From assembly GCA_903837825.1 (NCBI GenBank), contig CAILVZ010000162.1:3287-67286 (forward strand): a stretch of DNA of 64,000 bases. The letters run 5' to 3'. Below the pieces are notes generated by a model. It ran no database searches, had not been told where the DNA came from, and saw only the letters and a list, made by a program, of their open reading frames with translations. Every line of letters starts with the position of its first letter. The first letter of the stretch is position 1. Shown here piece by piece: positions 38,257 to 49,100 of the stretch. Position numbers and translations under genes: made by a program. Source of the stretch: Akkermansiaceae bacterium (GTDB lineage Bacteria; Verrucomicrobiota; Verrucomicrobiia; Verrucomicrobiales; Akkermansiaceae).

Positions 38257-39150
38257 TTATCCAGAACGTCTGCGGCTACGCTTCTTGAGCAACCGGTGCA
38301 ATGCGGCCAGCGTATCACCGTGGGTCATCAGATCAGTCGAATCGATGCCATGTTTTTTAAAAACGGCGTCGCAGCCTTCAAGTTGCCGGGCCATCAGTCG
38401 CGCGTATCCCATTCGAACATTCGAGTTGCTTGTGTTCACAAGCGTTTCAAATCCCGTCTCAGGGTCGATCATCACCACCTGGCCTGCCTTCGGCAGTTTA
38501 ATTTCAAGTGGGTCCAACAAACGCAGGGCGATGGTCTCGTGTTTGCATGCGAGCTTGCCAAGCGGTTTTTCTAATGGGTCCGAGAAAAAGTCCGAGATCA
38601 TGAAAACGAGCGACTTGCGCCGCAACGTTCTCACGAGAAAGTCGCAGGCTTCTGCAATCGAGGTTTTCGGCTTCTCTGGTTTCGCCACGAGGATCTCGCG
38701 GATCATGCGCAGCAGGTGGCGACTGCCTTTTTCCGGTGGGATAAAGAGAACCGCCTCGCTCGCGAAGATGAGTAGCCCGACCTTGTCGCCATTGTGCAGC
38801 GCGCTGAACCCAAGAACCGCTGCGGCCTCAGCCGCCACCTCACGCTTGCTCATCGACACACTCCCATAGTCTGCCGACCCAGAAACATCGACTGCTAGAA
38901 TCACCGAAAGCTCGCGCTCTTCACGGAATTTTCTAACAAATGTCTGATTCATTCGAGCGGTGACATTCCAGTCGATGAACCGGACCTCATCGCCGTGCTG
39001 GTACTCGCGAAAGTCGTCAAAATCCAAGCCCTGCCCTTGAAATGACGAGCGATACTCACCCGAGAAAGACTCGCGCACCAAACGCCGGGCCTTCAGCTCC
39101 AGCTTGCGCACGCGCGCCATCATCTCGTCGATTTGTGCGTCCGTCAGCAT
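38257..39150 (-). CDS. DUF58 family protein
   Basis: G.Y.S.F.G.GLDF...REYQ.GD.VR.IDWNVTAR, F.EERE, DVSGS, ISDF. Confidence 0.92.
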   Translation of the reverse strand: MLTDAQIDEMMARVRKLELKARRLVRESFSGEYRSSFQGQGLDFDDFREYQHGDEVRFIDWNVTARMNQTFVRKFREERELSVILAVDVSGSADYGSVSMSKREVAAEAAAVLGFSALHNGDKVGLLIFASEAVLFIPPEKGSRHLLRMIREILVAKPEKPKTSIAEACDFLVRTLRRKSLVFMISDFFSDPLEKPLGKLACKHETIALRLLDPLEIKLPKAGQVVMIDPETGFETLVNTSNSNVRMGYARLMARQLEGCDAVFKKHGIDSTDLMTHGDTLAALHRLLKKRSRRRSG

Positions 39151-39193
39151 TCGTCATCCACTTTTCCGCTTGTCCTGGTAATTTCTAACACCC

Positions 39194-40177
39194 TCATGGC
39201 ACAGCGACCTTGCTCATGATTCGCTCGATGACCAAATCGGTCGTCATTTCTTCCGCCTCGGCCTCGTAGGTGAGCAAGATCCGGTGGCGCAGGACGTCGA
39301 GCGCCATGTCCTTCACATCCTGTGGTGTGACAAATGCTCGACCTTGCATGAAGGCACGCGCACGAGCAGTGAGGGCGAGGTTGATGGTGCCACGAGGTGA
39401 TGCGCCGGCACGGATGAGGTTTTTCAATGAGGCATCAACCGAGCCAGGAAAACGTGTGGTGTGGATGATCTGCACGATGTATTTCCGAATGGCAGGGTCG
39501 ATGTAGATCTCATTGACCAGGTCGCGCGATGCCGCCACTTGGTTAGGCGAAGCGACGGTATTCGTATCATACGGCGGGGTGGAAGTCGCCATCCGGTCGA
39601 GGATCTCCAACTCCTCATCCTTGGTTGGGTAGCCGACGGTCACCTTTAGAAGAAACCGGTCGAGTTGTGCCTCTGGGAGTTGGTACGTCCCCTCTTGATC
39701 GATTGGGTTCTGAGTTGCCAACACGAGAAACGGCTTGGGCAGCGGGTAGGATCGATCCCCTAAGGTGACTTGACGTTCCTGCATCGCCTCCAACAAGGCG
39801 GATTGCACCTTGGCTGGCGCGCGGTTGATCTCATCCGCCAGGATGAGGTTGTTAAAGATCGGACCGAGCTTCGGCTCAAATCGAGTTTCCTGCGGGTGGT
39901 AAACCATGGTTCCCACGAGATCGGCGGGGAGCAGATCCGGAGTGAATTGGAAACGGGCAAACGTGGCATCGAGCGAGCCCGAAAGCGCTTTCACGGCCAG
40001 CGTTTTCGCCAATCCGGGCACTCCTTCGAGTAGGATGTGACCATTGCACAGCAAACCGATCAGCAAGCGGTCCACCAGTCGATCTTGACCGACGAGGACC
40101 TGCGCCATTTCCTGCTTCACCGCCTGAATCCATCCGCTCGTCTCCGCGATCCGTTCTTGCAAGTTTTCTGTGGTCAT
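39194..40177 (-). CDS. moxR: MoxR-family AAA+ ATPase
   Basis: LEGVPGLAKT, QFTPDLLPAD, DEINRAPAKVQSALLEAMQE, ATQNP..QEGTY.LPEAQLDRF, GASPR; start ATG 40177. Confidence 0.95.
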   Translation of the reverse strand: MTTENLQERIAETSGWIQAVKQEMAQVLVGQDRLVDRLLIGLLCNGHILLEGVPGLAKTLAVKALSGSLDATFARFQFTPDLLPADLVGTMVYHPQETRFEPKLGPIFNNLILADEINRAPAKVQSALLEAMQERQVTLGDRSYPLPKPFLVLATQNPIDQEGTYQLPEAQLDRFLLKVTVGYPTKDEELEILDRMATSTPPYDTNTVASPNQVAASRDLVNEIYIDPAIRKYIVQIIHTTRFPGSVDASLKNLIRAGASPRGTINLALTARARAFMQGRAFVTPQDVKDMALDVLRHRILLTYEAEAEEMTTDLVIERIMSKVAVP

Positions 40178-40316
40178 TGATTTGTTGCCCGACTTTGACA
40201 TGCCAGAGCTTCTTCGCAACCGACAAAGCTCGAAAGGCTCAGGAAATCATGAAATTTGTGACTTCTCGCGGGCACCACGCTGCCGAGTTGTTTCCGGTTG
40301 CCGTACCTTATGACCG

Positions 40317-40349
40317 AAAAAGCCGCCCCGGTTCCCCGAGGCGGCTTTT
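40317..40349 (-). terminator. Intrinsic terminator of ppdK
   Basis: Minus strand GCCGCCTCGG-GGAA-CCGGGGCGGC then TTTTT. Confidence 0.88.
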
Positions 40350-40388
40350 GATGGATAAGGCATCACGGTTTCAAACCGCGGCCTTGAA

Positions 40389-43220
40389 TTACTTTTTCTT
40401 CGCAGCGCGCTTTTCCTCGATAGCCGCTTGAGCGGCTGCGAGGCGAGCGACTGGCACGCGGTATGGCGAGCAGGAAACGTAGGCGAGACCCAGCTTGTGG
40501 CAGTACACCACGGAATCAGGATCGCCACCGTGTTCACCGCAGATGCCCAATTTGATATCTGGGCGAGTCTTGCGGCCCTTGGCCACAGCGATTTCCATCA
40601 ACTGGCCGACGCCGGTCGTATCGAGCGTTGCAAACGGGTTCTTCGCAAAGACGTCATTCTCAACGTATGGGAGAAGGAACGCACCCATGTCGTCACGGCT
40701 GATGCCGAGTGCTGTTTGGGTGAGGTCGTTCGTGCCAAAGCTGAAGAACTCAGCGCCTTCTGCAATTTGATCCGCAGTGAGCGCGCCGCGTGGGACTTCG
40801 ATCATGGTGCCGACTTGGTAGTCGAATTTCACCTTCTTCTCCGCCATCACTTGCTTCGCCACGTTGTGAACGATTTCCGCTTGGAGATCAAACTCGCGCT
40901 TGAAACCCACCAGTGGGATCATCACCTCAGGCTTCACCTTGATCTTCTTCTTCGCCACGGCAGCGGCGGCTTCGAAGATCGCGCGTGCCTGCATTTCGGT
41001 GATCTCTGGGTAAGCGACTCCGAGACGGCAACCACGGTGACCCAGCATTGGGTTGAATTCGTGGAGTTCTGCCACGCGTTGGATAATCGATTCCACCTTC
41101 ATTCCGAGTTTCTTCGCGAGGTCGAGTTGCTGCTCCTTCGTGTGAGGGAGGACCTCGTGAAGTGGCGGGTCGAGCAAACGGATCGTCGCGGGGAATCCCT
41201 TGAGCGTCGTGAAGATGCCGGTGAAGTCCGCGCGTTGATATGGCAGAAGCTTGGCGAGAGCCGCCTTACGTGCCTCAAGCGTGGTGGCAAGGATCATCTC
41301 GCGCATTGCGTCGATGCGGTCTCCCTCAAAGAACATGTGTTCCGTGCGGGTGAGGCCGATGCCGGTGGCACCGAAGGCCATGGCGATCCGGGTTTGCTCC
41401 GGGGTGTCCGCGTTGGTGCGGACGGCCATGCGAGTGGCTTGCTCACACCACTTCATGAGTTGGAGGAAGCTCTTGTATTTCTCCGTTTTCATGGCGGCCT
41501 TGTTGCCACTCACGATGCCCGAAATGATTTCCGACGGAGCGGTTTTCAGCTCGCCGCCGTAAACCGTGCCGCTGGTTCCATCGATGCTCATGTAGTCACC
41601 TTCCTTGAAGGTTTTGCCCGATGCAGTGACGGTCAATTTTTCGTAGTTGATGTCGACTCCAGCGGCACCGCAAACGCAGACCTTGCCCATTTGGCGAGCA
41701 ACGAGTGCGGCGTGCGAGGAGACACCACCTTTGGATGTTAGAATCCCTTCGGCAGCGATCATGCCACGGAGGTCTTCTGGGCTGGTCTCGGTACGGACAA
41801 GAAGAACCTTCTCGCCACGAGCCTCGGCCAACACCGCGCGATCGGCATTGAGGTAAACCTTGCCTGATGCAGCACCTGGGCCGGCGGGGAGGCCGGTCGC
41901 AATGACCTTGGCTTTGGAAGCCTCGGCAATGTCAAAGATTGGCGCGAGGAGTTGGTCCAACTGATCGGCAGGGTTCCGCGTGACGGCGGTTTCCCAGTCG
42001 ATGAGTTTTTCCTTCACCATGTCCATGGAGAACTTGAGAGCAGCGGCGGCCGTACGCTTGCCATTGCGGGTCTGAAGCATGAACAACTTGCCTTCTTGTA
42101 CGGTGAACTCGACGTCCTGCACATCCTTGAAATGCTTCTCAAGAATGGTCCGGACTTTCATGAGTTCAGCGAATGGCTTCGGCATGGCAGCCTTCAGCTT
42201 GCTCACTGGCTCGGGAGTACGAACACCCGCGACGACGTCTTCGCCTTGCGCGTTCATGAGGAACTCACCGTAAAATTCGTTGGCGCCATTCGCAGGGTTA
42301 CGGGTGAAGGCCACGCCAGAGCCCGAGGTTTCGCCGGTGTTGCCATAGACCATCGCCTGAACGTTGACGGCCGTGCCCCATGCAGCAGGGATGTTGTACT
42401 TGCGGCGATAGACGATCGCGCGGTCGTTCATCCACGATCCGAAGACGGCACCTGCCGCACCACGGAGCTGATCCCAAGGATCGCTTGGGAAGGTCTTGCC
42501 GGTGCGCTTTTTGACGAGAGCCTTGAAGCGCTTCACCAGTTCCTTCTGGTCGTCGGCGGTGAGGTCGGAATCAATGATGTCCTTCCCGTATTTTTGATGT
42601 TTGAAGTTTTCGATTTCAACTTCGAAGGGCTCGTGGTCTTCACCTTCAGCCTTTTGCACGCCGAGAACGACGTCGCCATACATCTGCACGAAGCGACGAT
42701 AGCAATCCCACGCGAAGCGCTCGTTCTTGGTCGCCGCGGCGAGCGAAAGGACGGTTTGGTCGTTGAGGCCGAGGTTGAGGATGGTGTCCATCATGCCAGG
42801 CATCGAGTCACGGGCACCCGAACGCACTGCAACAAGGAGCGGCATGCCCTTGGCGTCGCCGAACTTGCAGTCCATGATTTTCTCCATGTTTTTCACACCG
42901 GCTTCCATCTCGGCTTGGAGCGATGCAGGATAGCTACGCTTGGTGGCATAGAAGTAGGTGCAGACCTCGGTGGAAATCGTGAAGCCTGGAGGCACCGGCA
43001 AACCAATCCGGGTCATTTCAGCAAGGTTCGCGCCCTTGCCGCCGAGGAGTGCCTTCATGCCGCCGTTGCCGTCGGCCTTACCAGCTCCCCAGCTGTAGAC
43101 GTATTTGATCTTTTTGGAGGAGACTGCCTTCTTCGCTGCAGGTTTTTTGGCCGCGGGTTTGGCGGCTTTCGGAGCGCTTTTTTTAGCGGCAGGTTTCGCC
43201 GCCTTCTTTTTGGTTGCCAT
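40389..43220 (-). CDS. ppdK: Pyruvate, phosphate dikinase
   Basis: [31 protein letters not shown] (phospho-His), [26 protein letters not shown]; start ATG 43220. Confidence 0.97.
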   Translation of the reverse strand: MATKKKAAKPAAKKSAPKAAKPAAKKPAAKKAVSSKKIKYVYSWGAGKADGNGGMKALLGGKGANLAEMTRIGLPVPPGFTISTEVCTYFYATKRSYPASLQAEMEAGVKNMEKIMDCKFGDAKGMPLLVAVRSGARDSMPGMMDTILNLGLNDQTVLSLAAATKNERFAWDCYRRFVQMYGDVVLGVQKAEGEDHEPFEVEIENFKHQKYGKDIIDSDLTADDQKELVKRFKALVKKRTGKTFPSDPWDQLRGAAGAVFGSWMNDRAIVYRRKYNIPAAWGTAVNVQAMVYGNTGETSGSGVAFTRNPANGANEFYGEFLMNAQGEDVVAGVRTPEPVSKLKAAMPKPFAELMKVRTILEKHFKDVQDVEFTVQEGKLFMLQTRNGKRTAAAALKFSMDMVKEKLIDWETAVTRNPADQLDQLLAPIFDIAEASKAKVIATGLPAGPGAASGKVYLNADRAVLAEARGEKVLLVRTETSPEDLRGMIAAEGILTSKGGVSSHAALVARQMGKVCVCGAAGVDINYEKLTVTASGKTFKEGDYMSIDGTSGTVYGGELKTAPSEIISGIVSGNKAAMKTEKYKSFLQLMKWCEQATRMAVRTNADTPEQTRIAMAFGATGIGLTRTEHMFFEGDRIDAMREMILATTLEARKAALAKLLPYQRADFTGIFTTLKGFPATIRLLDPPLHEVLPHTKEQQLDLAKKLGMKVESIIQRVAELHEFNPMLGHRGCRLGVAYPEITEMQARAIFEAAAAVAKKKIKVKPEVMIPLVGFKREFDLQAEIVHNVAKQVMAEKKVKFDYQVGTMIEVPRGALTADQIAEGAEFFSFGTNDLTQTALGISRDDMGAFLLPYVENDVFAKNPFATLDTTGVGQLMEIAVAKGRKTRPDIKLGICGEHGGDPDSVVYCHKLGLAYVSCSPYRVPVARLAAAQAAIEEKRAAKKK

Positions 43221-43411
43221 CGTTGTGGTGATATCGAGTTTTGAGCATTGATCGCTGGAGGATGGAAAAATGATCAATCCATCTCAGCGCAAGGCGCGGG
43301 AGGCTAAGCATCCAGCACCCGAGTGTCAACGAAGCAGTTGCGATAAAAACACACTCTGGGGCGCAGGGAAATGAACCCACCCGATTTCAAATCCACACCG
43401 CCTGACGCGGC

Positions 43412-45337
43412 CTAACGGAGCCCCCGCAAGAGCAACTCCGCATTGGTCTTGGTCGCCTTGAGGTTGGAGAGCAAGGTCTCGATCGCATCGCCGATGGGCA
43501 TCTGCGCGAGTTGCTTGCGGATATCCACCACTTTAAGGAATTCGTCTGGGTGATAGAGTCGGTCGTCGTTGCGGGTGCCCGACTGAGGGATGTGAATCGC
43601 AGGGAAAACCCGGCGCTCAGCGAGCTCACGGTCGAGCCGAACTTCCATGTTGCCCGTGCCCTTGAACTCTTCGAACACGACGTCATCCAAACGGCTCTCG
43701 GTCTCCACCAGAGCCGTTGCTAGAATCGTGAGCGAGCCACCTTCTTCGACATTCCGTGCCGTACCGAAAAACTTGCGAGATTTTTGCAAGGCCACTGGGC
43801 TAACACCGCCGGAGCCGATCGGGCCGCCCTGCATCGCCGAGTTGTGCCCACGCGCGAGGCGGGTGAGGCTGTCCAGCAGGAGGATCACATCCTTGCCCTG
43901 CTCGACCAGCCGCTTGGCGCGCTCGATCACCAGATCGGCAACCTGCGAATGGCGGCGTGGCGACTCATCAAACGTCGAGGCAAACACCTGCGAGCCCACA
44001 GTTTCTTCGAAATCGGTGACCTCTTCTGGCCGCTCGTCTAACAACAAAATGATGAGTTCCGCATCGGGGTGATTTTTGCGGATCGACCGAGCGATCTGCT
44101 TGAGCAAAATGGTTTTGCCTCCGCGGGGTGGTGCCACGATGATGCCGCGCTGTCCCTTGCCCAAGGGAGCGATGAGGTCAATCACCCTCACGCCCAGGAA
44201 ATCATTCCCCTCACCCTCCAGATGGATGCGTTGATCCGGGAACAGCGGCGTCAGGTGATCGAAGTCTTTCGGCGCATGGTATTCCGCCGCAGGGATTCCC
44301 TCCACTTCGAGCACCTCATGGCCTGACAAATACTTGCCGCGTTCGCGGGGCGCGCGCACCCTCACCCTGACCCGCTGGCCGATGCGCAGTCCGTGATCAC
44401 GGACGAGATTCGAGCTGATGTGAATGTCATCCGGTCCTTGTCGGAAGCTGCGCTGCGGATCTCTCAGCATCGCGAAGTTGTCCTTCCCCTGCTCGAGGAT
44501 TCCCTCGCAAACGAGACCCGTGCCTTCGTACGCATAAAAACAGAGAAGCTCGTACACCAACTGACTCTTCGGAATGCCGCCTTGGATTCTTGCAGGCACC
44601 GCCTCCGCCATCATTTGCAGATCAGCAAGCGATTTGAGGCGGAATTCATTGATGTCGATCGAAACCGGCAAAGCTGGTGCCTCCGCGACTACCGAGGAAA
44701 CGGCTTCGGATGCGGGGTCTTGAGATTCGTGGGGAAGGGTCATGAGAAATGCTTGGGCGAAACGACGGATTTGAGAACGGAGAACGGACGGAGGGCCTTC
44801 ATTCCAAAAGACCACATCCGCACGGGACATCTTCTCTTCGAGCGGAAGCTGGGTTGCAAGGATCGACTCGATCATTGGATCATCGAATCCGCTGCGCGCC
44901 TTGAGCCGCTGGATTTGAGTGGAACGGGACGAAGCGACCACCAACACCTGCGATTGGCCGAAATCGAATCCCTTCTCAAAAAGAAGCGGAACATCTGCGA
45001 CGAATAGTCCCGCCCCTCGTTTAGCAGCTTTGGCCAAAGAATCAAGACATTCCTGCCGAACCCTCGGGTGCAAGATCGATTCCAACCGCGCCCGGGCCGC
45101 CTCGTTTTGAAAAATTAAATTGCGCAGGCAAGCCCGATCGACCCGCCCGCCGGCTTCCAGCACGCCATTGCCGAAGGCTCCGGAAATTTCCGCCGCCACG
45201 CCCGGATCCGAATCCAGCAATCGGTGGACCGCCTCGTCGCAGTCGAAAATCACCACCGAAGGTACCAGCTCGCGCAACATACGGCACGCCGTGGATTTCC
45301 CGGAAGCGATCCCGCCCGTCAGTGCTAGCACCCGCAT
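43412..45337 (-). CDS. rho: In-frame fusion: dephospho-CoA kinase (CoaE) + transcription termination factor Rho
   Basis: N-term LTGGIASGKS, DR..L...IF, LE.ILHP.V, DVPLLFE (CoaE); C-term GPDDI, P.GKGQRG.IVAPP..GKT, DERPEEVTD, DSLTRLAR, EEFKGTGN (Rho); no stop codon between them. Confidence 0.9.
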   Translation of the reverse strand: MRVLALTGGIASGKSTACRMLRELVPSVVIFDCDEAVHRLLDSDPGVAAEISGAFGNGVLEAGGRVDRACLRNLIFQNEAARARLESILHPRVRQECLDSLAKAAKRGAGLFVADVPLLFEKGFDFGQSQVLVVASSRSTQIQRLKARSGFDDPMIESILATQLPLEEKMSRADVVFWNEGPPSVLRSQIRRFAQAFLMTLPHESQDPASEAVSSVVAEAPALPVSIDINEFRLKSLADLQMMAEAVPARIQGGIPKSQLVYELLCFYAYEGTGLVCEGILEQGKDNFAMLRDPQRSFRQGPDDIHISSNLVRDHGLRIGQRVRVRVRAPRERGKYLSGHEVLEVEGIPAAEYHAPKDFDHLTPLFPDQRIHLEGEGNDFLGVRVIDLIAPLGKGQRGIIVAPPRGGKTILLKQIARSIRKNHPDAELIILLLDERPEEVTDFEETVGSQVFASTFDESPRRHSQVADLVIERAKRLVEQGKDVILLLDSLTRLARGHNSAMQGGPIGSGGVSPVALQKSRKFFGTARNVEEGGSLTILATALVETESRLDDVVFEEFKGTGNMEVRLDRELAERRVFPAIHIPQSGTRNDDRLYHPDEFLKVVDIRKQLAQMPIGDAIETLLSNLKATKTNAELLLRGLR

Positions 45338-45436
45338 GGAAGAATTCATGAACAAACGAGAGTTACCTCAAAACCTCCAGGTGCACCAGTTTCGAAACAG
45401 GATTTAGGCGGAATGGCCAGAGCCCGCTCAACTCGG

Positions 45437-46093
45437 TCACTTCGACTCCGCAGCGGCTGGGGGCAGCTCGGCCAGCTTCCGCTGCGCCATCTGACGGAGC
45501 GTTGCGTGACTGGCTTCCTTCAGGTCGTCCCCCACCGCGAATGCCAACATGTCAGCAGCCAGCGCCGAAACCTCGGGGTCGGAGTGGTCGAGCAGTGCAA
45601 GGTAGGACTGAATCTGCAGTTGTGGCGAATCATTGTGATTCAACACCGCCTCCAGAAAAGGAGTCGCAAGCTCGGACGGAAGGGCGGGGGTCGATCCGAA
45701 TGAAGCAAAAGGCGTGATGTCCAAATTCAATCCATGCGTGAGAGCCTCGAGCCGATCTTCGATCGGCAGCGATGCATCCGATGCCAGTTCGTGGAGAAGC
45801 GTTGCCGCCTCCGCCTCACCAATCCGGTCATTGGATAAGATTCTCGCAACCGCCGCATTCCCATCTTTGCTCACGGGTTGCGACCGAACCCTTGAAGGAC
45901 GCCGCACGGGCGACTCCGAGTCCTGCCCGCGCTCAACGGGATTCGCTTTTTCGGTCGTTTTCACGGCAGCGGGTTGCTTCTCAGACAACCCCGGTGCGTG
46001 GGGCGCTTGGTGACTCGACGGCCATGCAGACCACAGGCCTGCCACCAGTACGACCAAAACCAATGGGTAGAATAAACGCTTATGTTTCATCAT
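45437..46093 (-). CDS. Hypothetical N-terminally anchored helical-repeat protein
   Basis: Basic N-terminus, TM helix, disordered linker, HEAT-like helical C-terminus. Confidence 0.65.
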   Translation of the reverse strand: MMKHKRLFYPLVLVVLVAGLWSAWPSSHQAPHAPGLSEKQPAAVKTTEKANPVERGQDSESPVRRPSRVRSQPVSKDGNAAVARILSNDRIGEAEAATLLHELASDASLPIEDRLEALTHGLNLDITPFASFGSTPALPSELATPFLEAVLNHNDSPQLQIQSYLALLDHSDPEVSALAADMLAFAVGDDLKEASHATLRQMAQRKLAELPPAAAESK

Positions 46094-46100
46094 CTGATCG

Positions 46101-46136
46101 AAAAAACCCGCCGTCCAGCGAACTGGGCGACGGGTT
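46101..46136 (-). terminator. Intrinsic terminator after the giant surface protein gene
   Basis: Minus strand CCCGTCGCCCAG-TTCG-CTGGACGGCGGG then TTTTTT. Confidence 0.85.
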
Positions 46137-46166
46137 GAGAGGCATTAACAAGCCGAGCGCATCCGA

Positions 46167-49100
46167 TCAACGAACGCGGTAGTCCTGACTGATCTTGTGC
46201 TGAACCCCAGCGATTTCAACTGAAGTCGAACGCTGCGCAAAGGTGGCTTGACTGTCGAGAACCGTGATTCGGACCGTTCCTGGACCAAAGCCCTGGGTCG
46301 TCGATGCTGCCGTGGTCGTAGTCGTGCCCCCGGTAACGTCCGTCGAGGTCGTGACCAAGCCACCCGAGGTGATCTCAGCCAGCACCCAGTTGACTCCTGT
46401 GGGGAGGATGATCTCCCAAGCACCCGCCGTCTGTACGGTGACGGTATAGATAGCTCCAGTTCCCATCACCGACTTGCTCACTGGAGAGATGAAAGTGAGT
46501 GTGGGAATGGTTCCATCGTTCGGAGCCACCACCAGCTTTCCTGTGCTAAAGCTGCTGGTGTAGAAGCCACTGATCTGAGCACTGCGCTGCAAGGTCACAG
46601 CGTAACCGCTAGCGACTGCTTTGTTCAAGGTGTGCTTGAAGGTGATCAGTCCCGTGCTTGCGGTGTACTTGGCGCTTGAGCTTTCAGTCGGGCTGCCAGG
46701 GATGGTGATCACTTGATTCACACCCCAGGTGCCCGCCTTGGCAATGCCACCAAAATCACCACCCACCAAGCTGAACTTGGTGTTATACTGGGTTGTCGTG
46801 TATCCAGAAACCGGAAGGAACCCCTTCGATGGCGCGACGTAGTCGGAACCAACGATCGTGTGGATCTGGTCGAACCCTGCAGGGTAAGTGCCTCCAAGCG
46901 GCCCGGAGGCAGAATAGAGACGGACATAACCCTCAAAATCCAGATCCGTGCTAACCGGAGCGCAATCCACTGGCCCGATCACCGCACTGCGGTTCACTGA
47001 AGTCGAGATGGCTTGCAGTGCAAGCAACTCATTCGTGAGCAGTGAGCCAGAGTATGATGCTTTGCCACCATCTGGAAGATACATCTGAAGACTAGCCACC
47101 CCATATTTGCTGATGGAGCCAGTCGCAACCCCATTGCCCCGTGGACCCGTCGATCCCATGTCGAGTGTTGGCATTGCCATCGTCACCTTGGTCGCAAGAT
47201 ACGGGTTGGACTTGCCATAGAGTGCCGGGCGCAACTCGATTCCAAGCACGTTTCCGGTCACCGTTTCGGCACGACCGATGATGACCCAACCCTCGGGGTT
47301 CTGATACAATTGCATTTCGATGATCTGGACACCAGGCAAGCCCTTGGGAGCACCACTGATGTAGTGGCCAGTGGCATCAAATGCCCCCTTGAAGCTGGCT
47401 TTGATGGAGGCCGTAAGACCTACAACGCTCGCGGAGAAAGCACCCTTGGTGGACACTGTGACCTTTTGACGGAACACATGGCCCTGCTCTGGGTCGAATA
47501 CCAAGCCATCGTAGCTCGTGGAAATGCTGCGGTCGTAGAAGTTCAACAAATCCGAGCCCGAGCCATTGTCTCCCGCCACGATCGTTGGCACCCCAGAGAA
47601 TGGACTCGCCACGGTCGGGTCGGTACCTTGGCTGAATTCCACGCCGTCGCTGATCCCATCACCATCGGTGTCGGCGCTGGTTGGGTCCGTCGCGGCGACT
47701 TCAAGAACATAGCCTTGAGTCTTGCTCACAGGGGCCATGCTCCAAGTGAAGTCCGGCTCCAACTGGCAGCCGTCGGCATTTCCCGTGTTGTTGGGTTGAC
47801 CCACTCCCCAGTTGGTTGGGGTAGCAATCGCGATAGAACTCCGAGCGCCAGTACCATCGAAGAATCCACCCATTGCATCCACCCACTGGTAGTTGCCTTC
47901 ACGCGAGTTGGCAGATTCACTCGTTCCCTCCATGTCACCGCACCCAAGCCAGAGACGCATGCCCGTGTTGTCGCTAGCAAGTTGCTGTTTCATTGCGGAG
48001 AGCTTGGCGGTCGTGTTCAGAACTGCCAAGCGGCCACCACGGCGGATGGCGTCAAGGCGTGCCTGTTCAAAGGTGTAGCTTCCGGTGATGATACGGAACG
48101 GATGAGCCTCCAATCCATCCGGGATGCCATCGTTGTCGGTGTCTGAATCACCGGAATCCGTGATGGATGCTGGGAAAGGGCGTGAAGCGCTCGGGTTGAG
48201 CTCATCATAGTTGGAGAGACGGTCACCGTCATCATCCGCAGTTTTCCCAGTCAACAAGGAGTAGGTACGGAATACTGCCATGGTACTAGCGCTCTTCTCT
48301 AGAGTCGAGAAGCGCCAATTGTCAGCACCCGGAGTGAATGGCGGTGTGGTAAGCACATAGTTTCCATTGACCTTGTATGATAAATCCGTCCAGCCAAGAT
48401 TTGGATTTTCAAGCACTCCGCTTGAACCAACCTCAAAGTGGCGGATTTGGACTGCCGGAAGCTTACCACTTGCATCTACTGGTGAGAGCGCGTTGTTGTA
48501 AGTGAGCAACTCCTTGCCTGTCACAAAAAGTGTTCGGGCGGCCCCAGAAGCTGGCACACTCGTCACGTTGGCACGAGGCAATAAAATATCGGTAGGATGG
48601 AGCCAGCTAACCTCACCGTAGTTATTCGAAACGATGGTGGCTGACCCATCCTCCGTGCTAACTTTCTCAATCATCGCCGAATCATCGAGGGACCTCGCAA
48701 GCCTTGCCTGGTAGGCAACGTTGAAGCCAACATTGTCCAGCAAATAGGCAGTGACCGTGACCTTCGAGGAATCTAGACCGTAAACCCAAGTGGAGTCACC
48801 TGCCGGAGTCTGCGGATAGGCATCCAAGAATGTTTGGGGTGCAGTAGTGATCTCACGATCGACGATCTTGACACCGGAAAAGCTGTTGGTCCGAGCGTCA
48901 AATACAGCATCCCCCGCACCCTTCATTTGGTAAACCACCCGCATTTGTGACGTGTAGAGAACGCGTGCACCCGCAAGGCTATAGTTTTCGAAGGGATCAC
49001 GATCAGAGCCAGAGGTCAACTCGACCCAACTCGCCGAAGCCTCGGCTCTATTCCCACCAACCCAAAATAAGCGGCGGAATTTCAATGACGTTGCAGTTGA

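Noticed and set aside
40428-43244. Two long + strand ORFs (437 and 430 aa) antisense to ppdK
   Set aside because: Shadow frames caused by strong codon bias in a highly expressed GC-rich gene; no recognisable motifs
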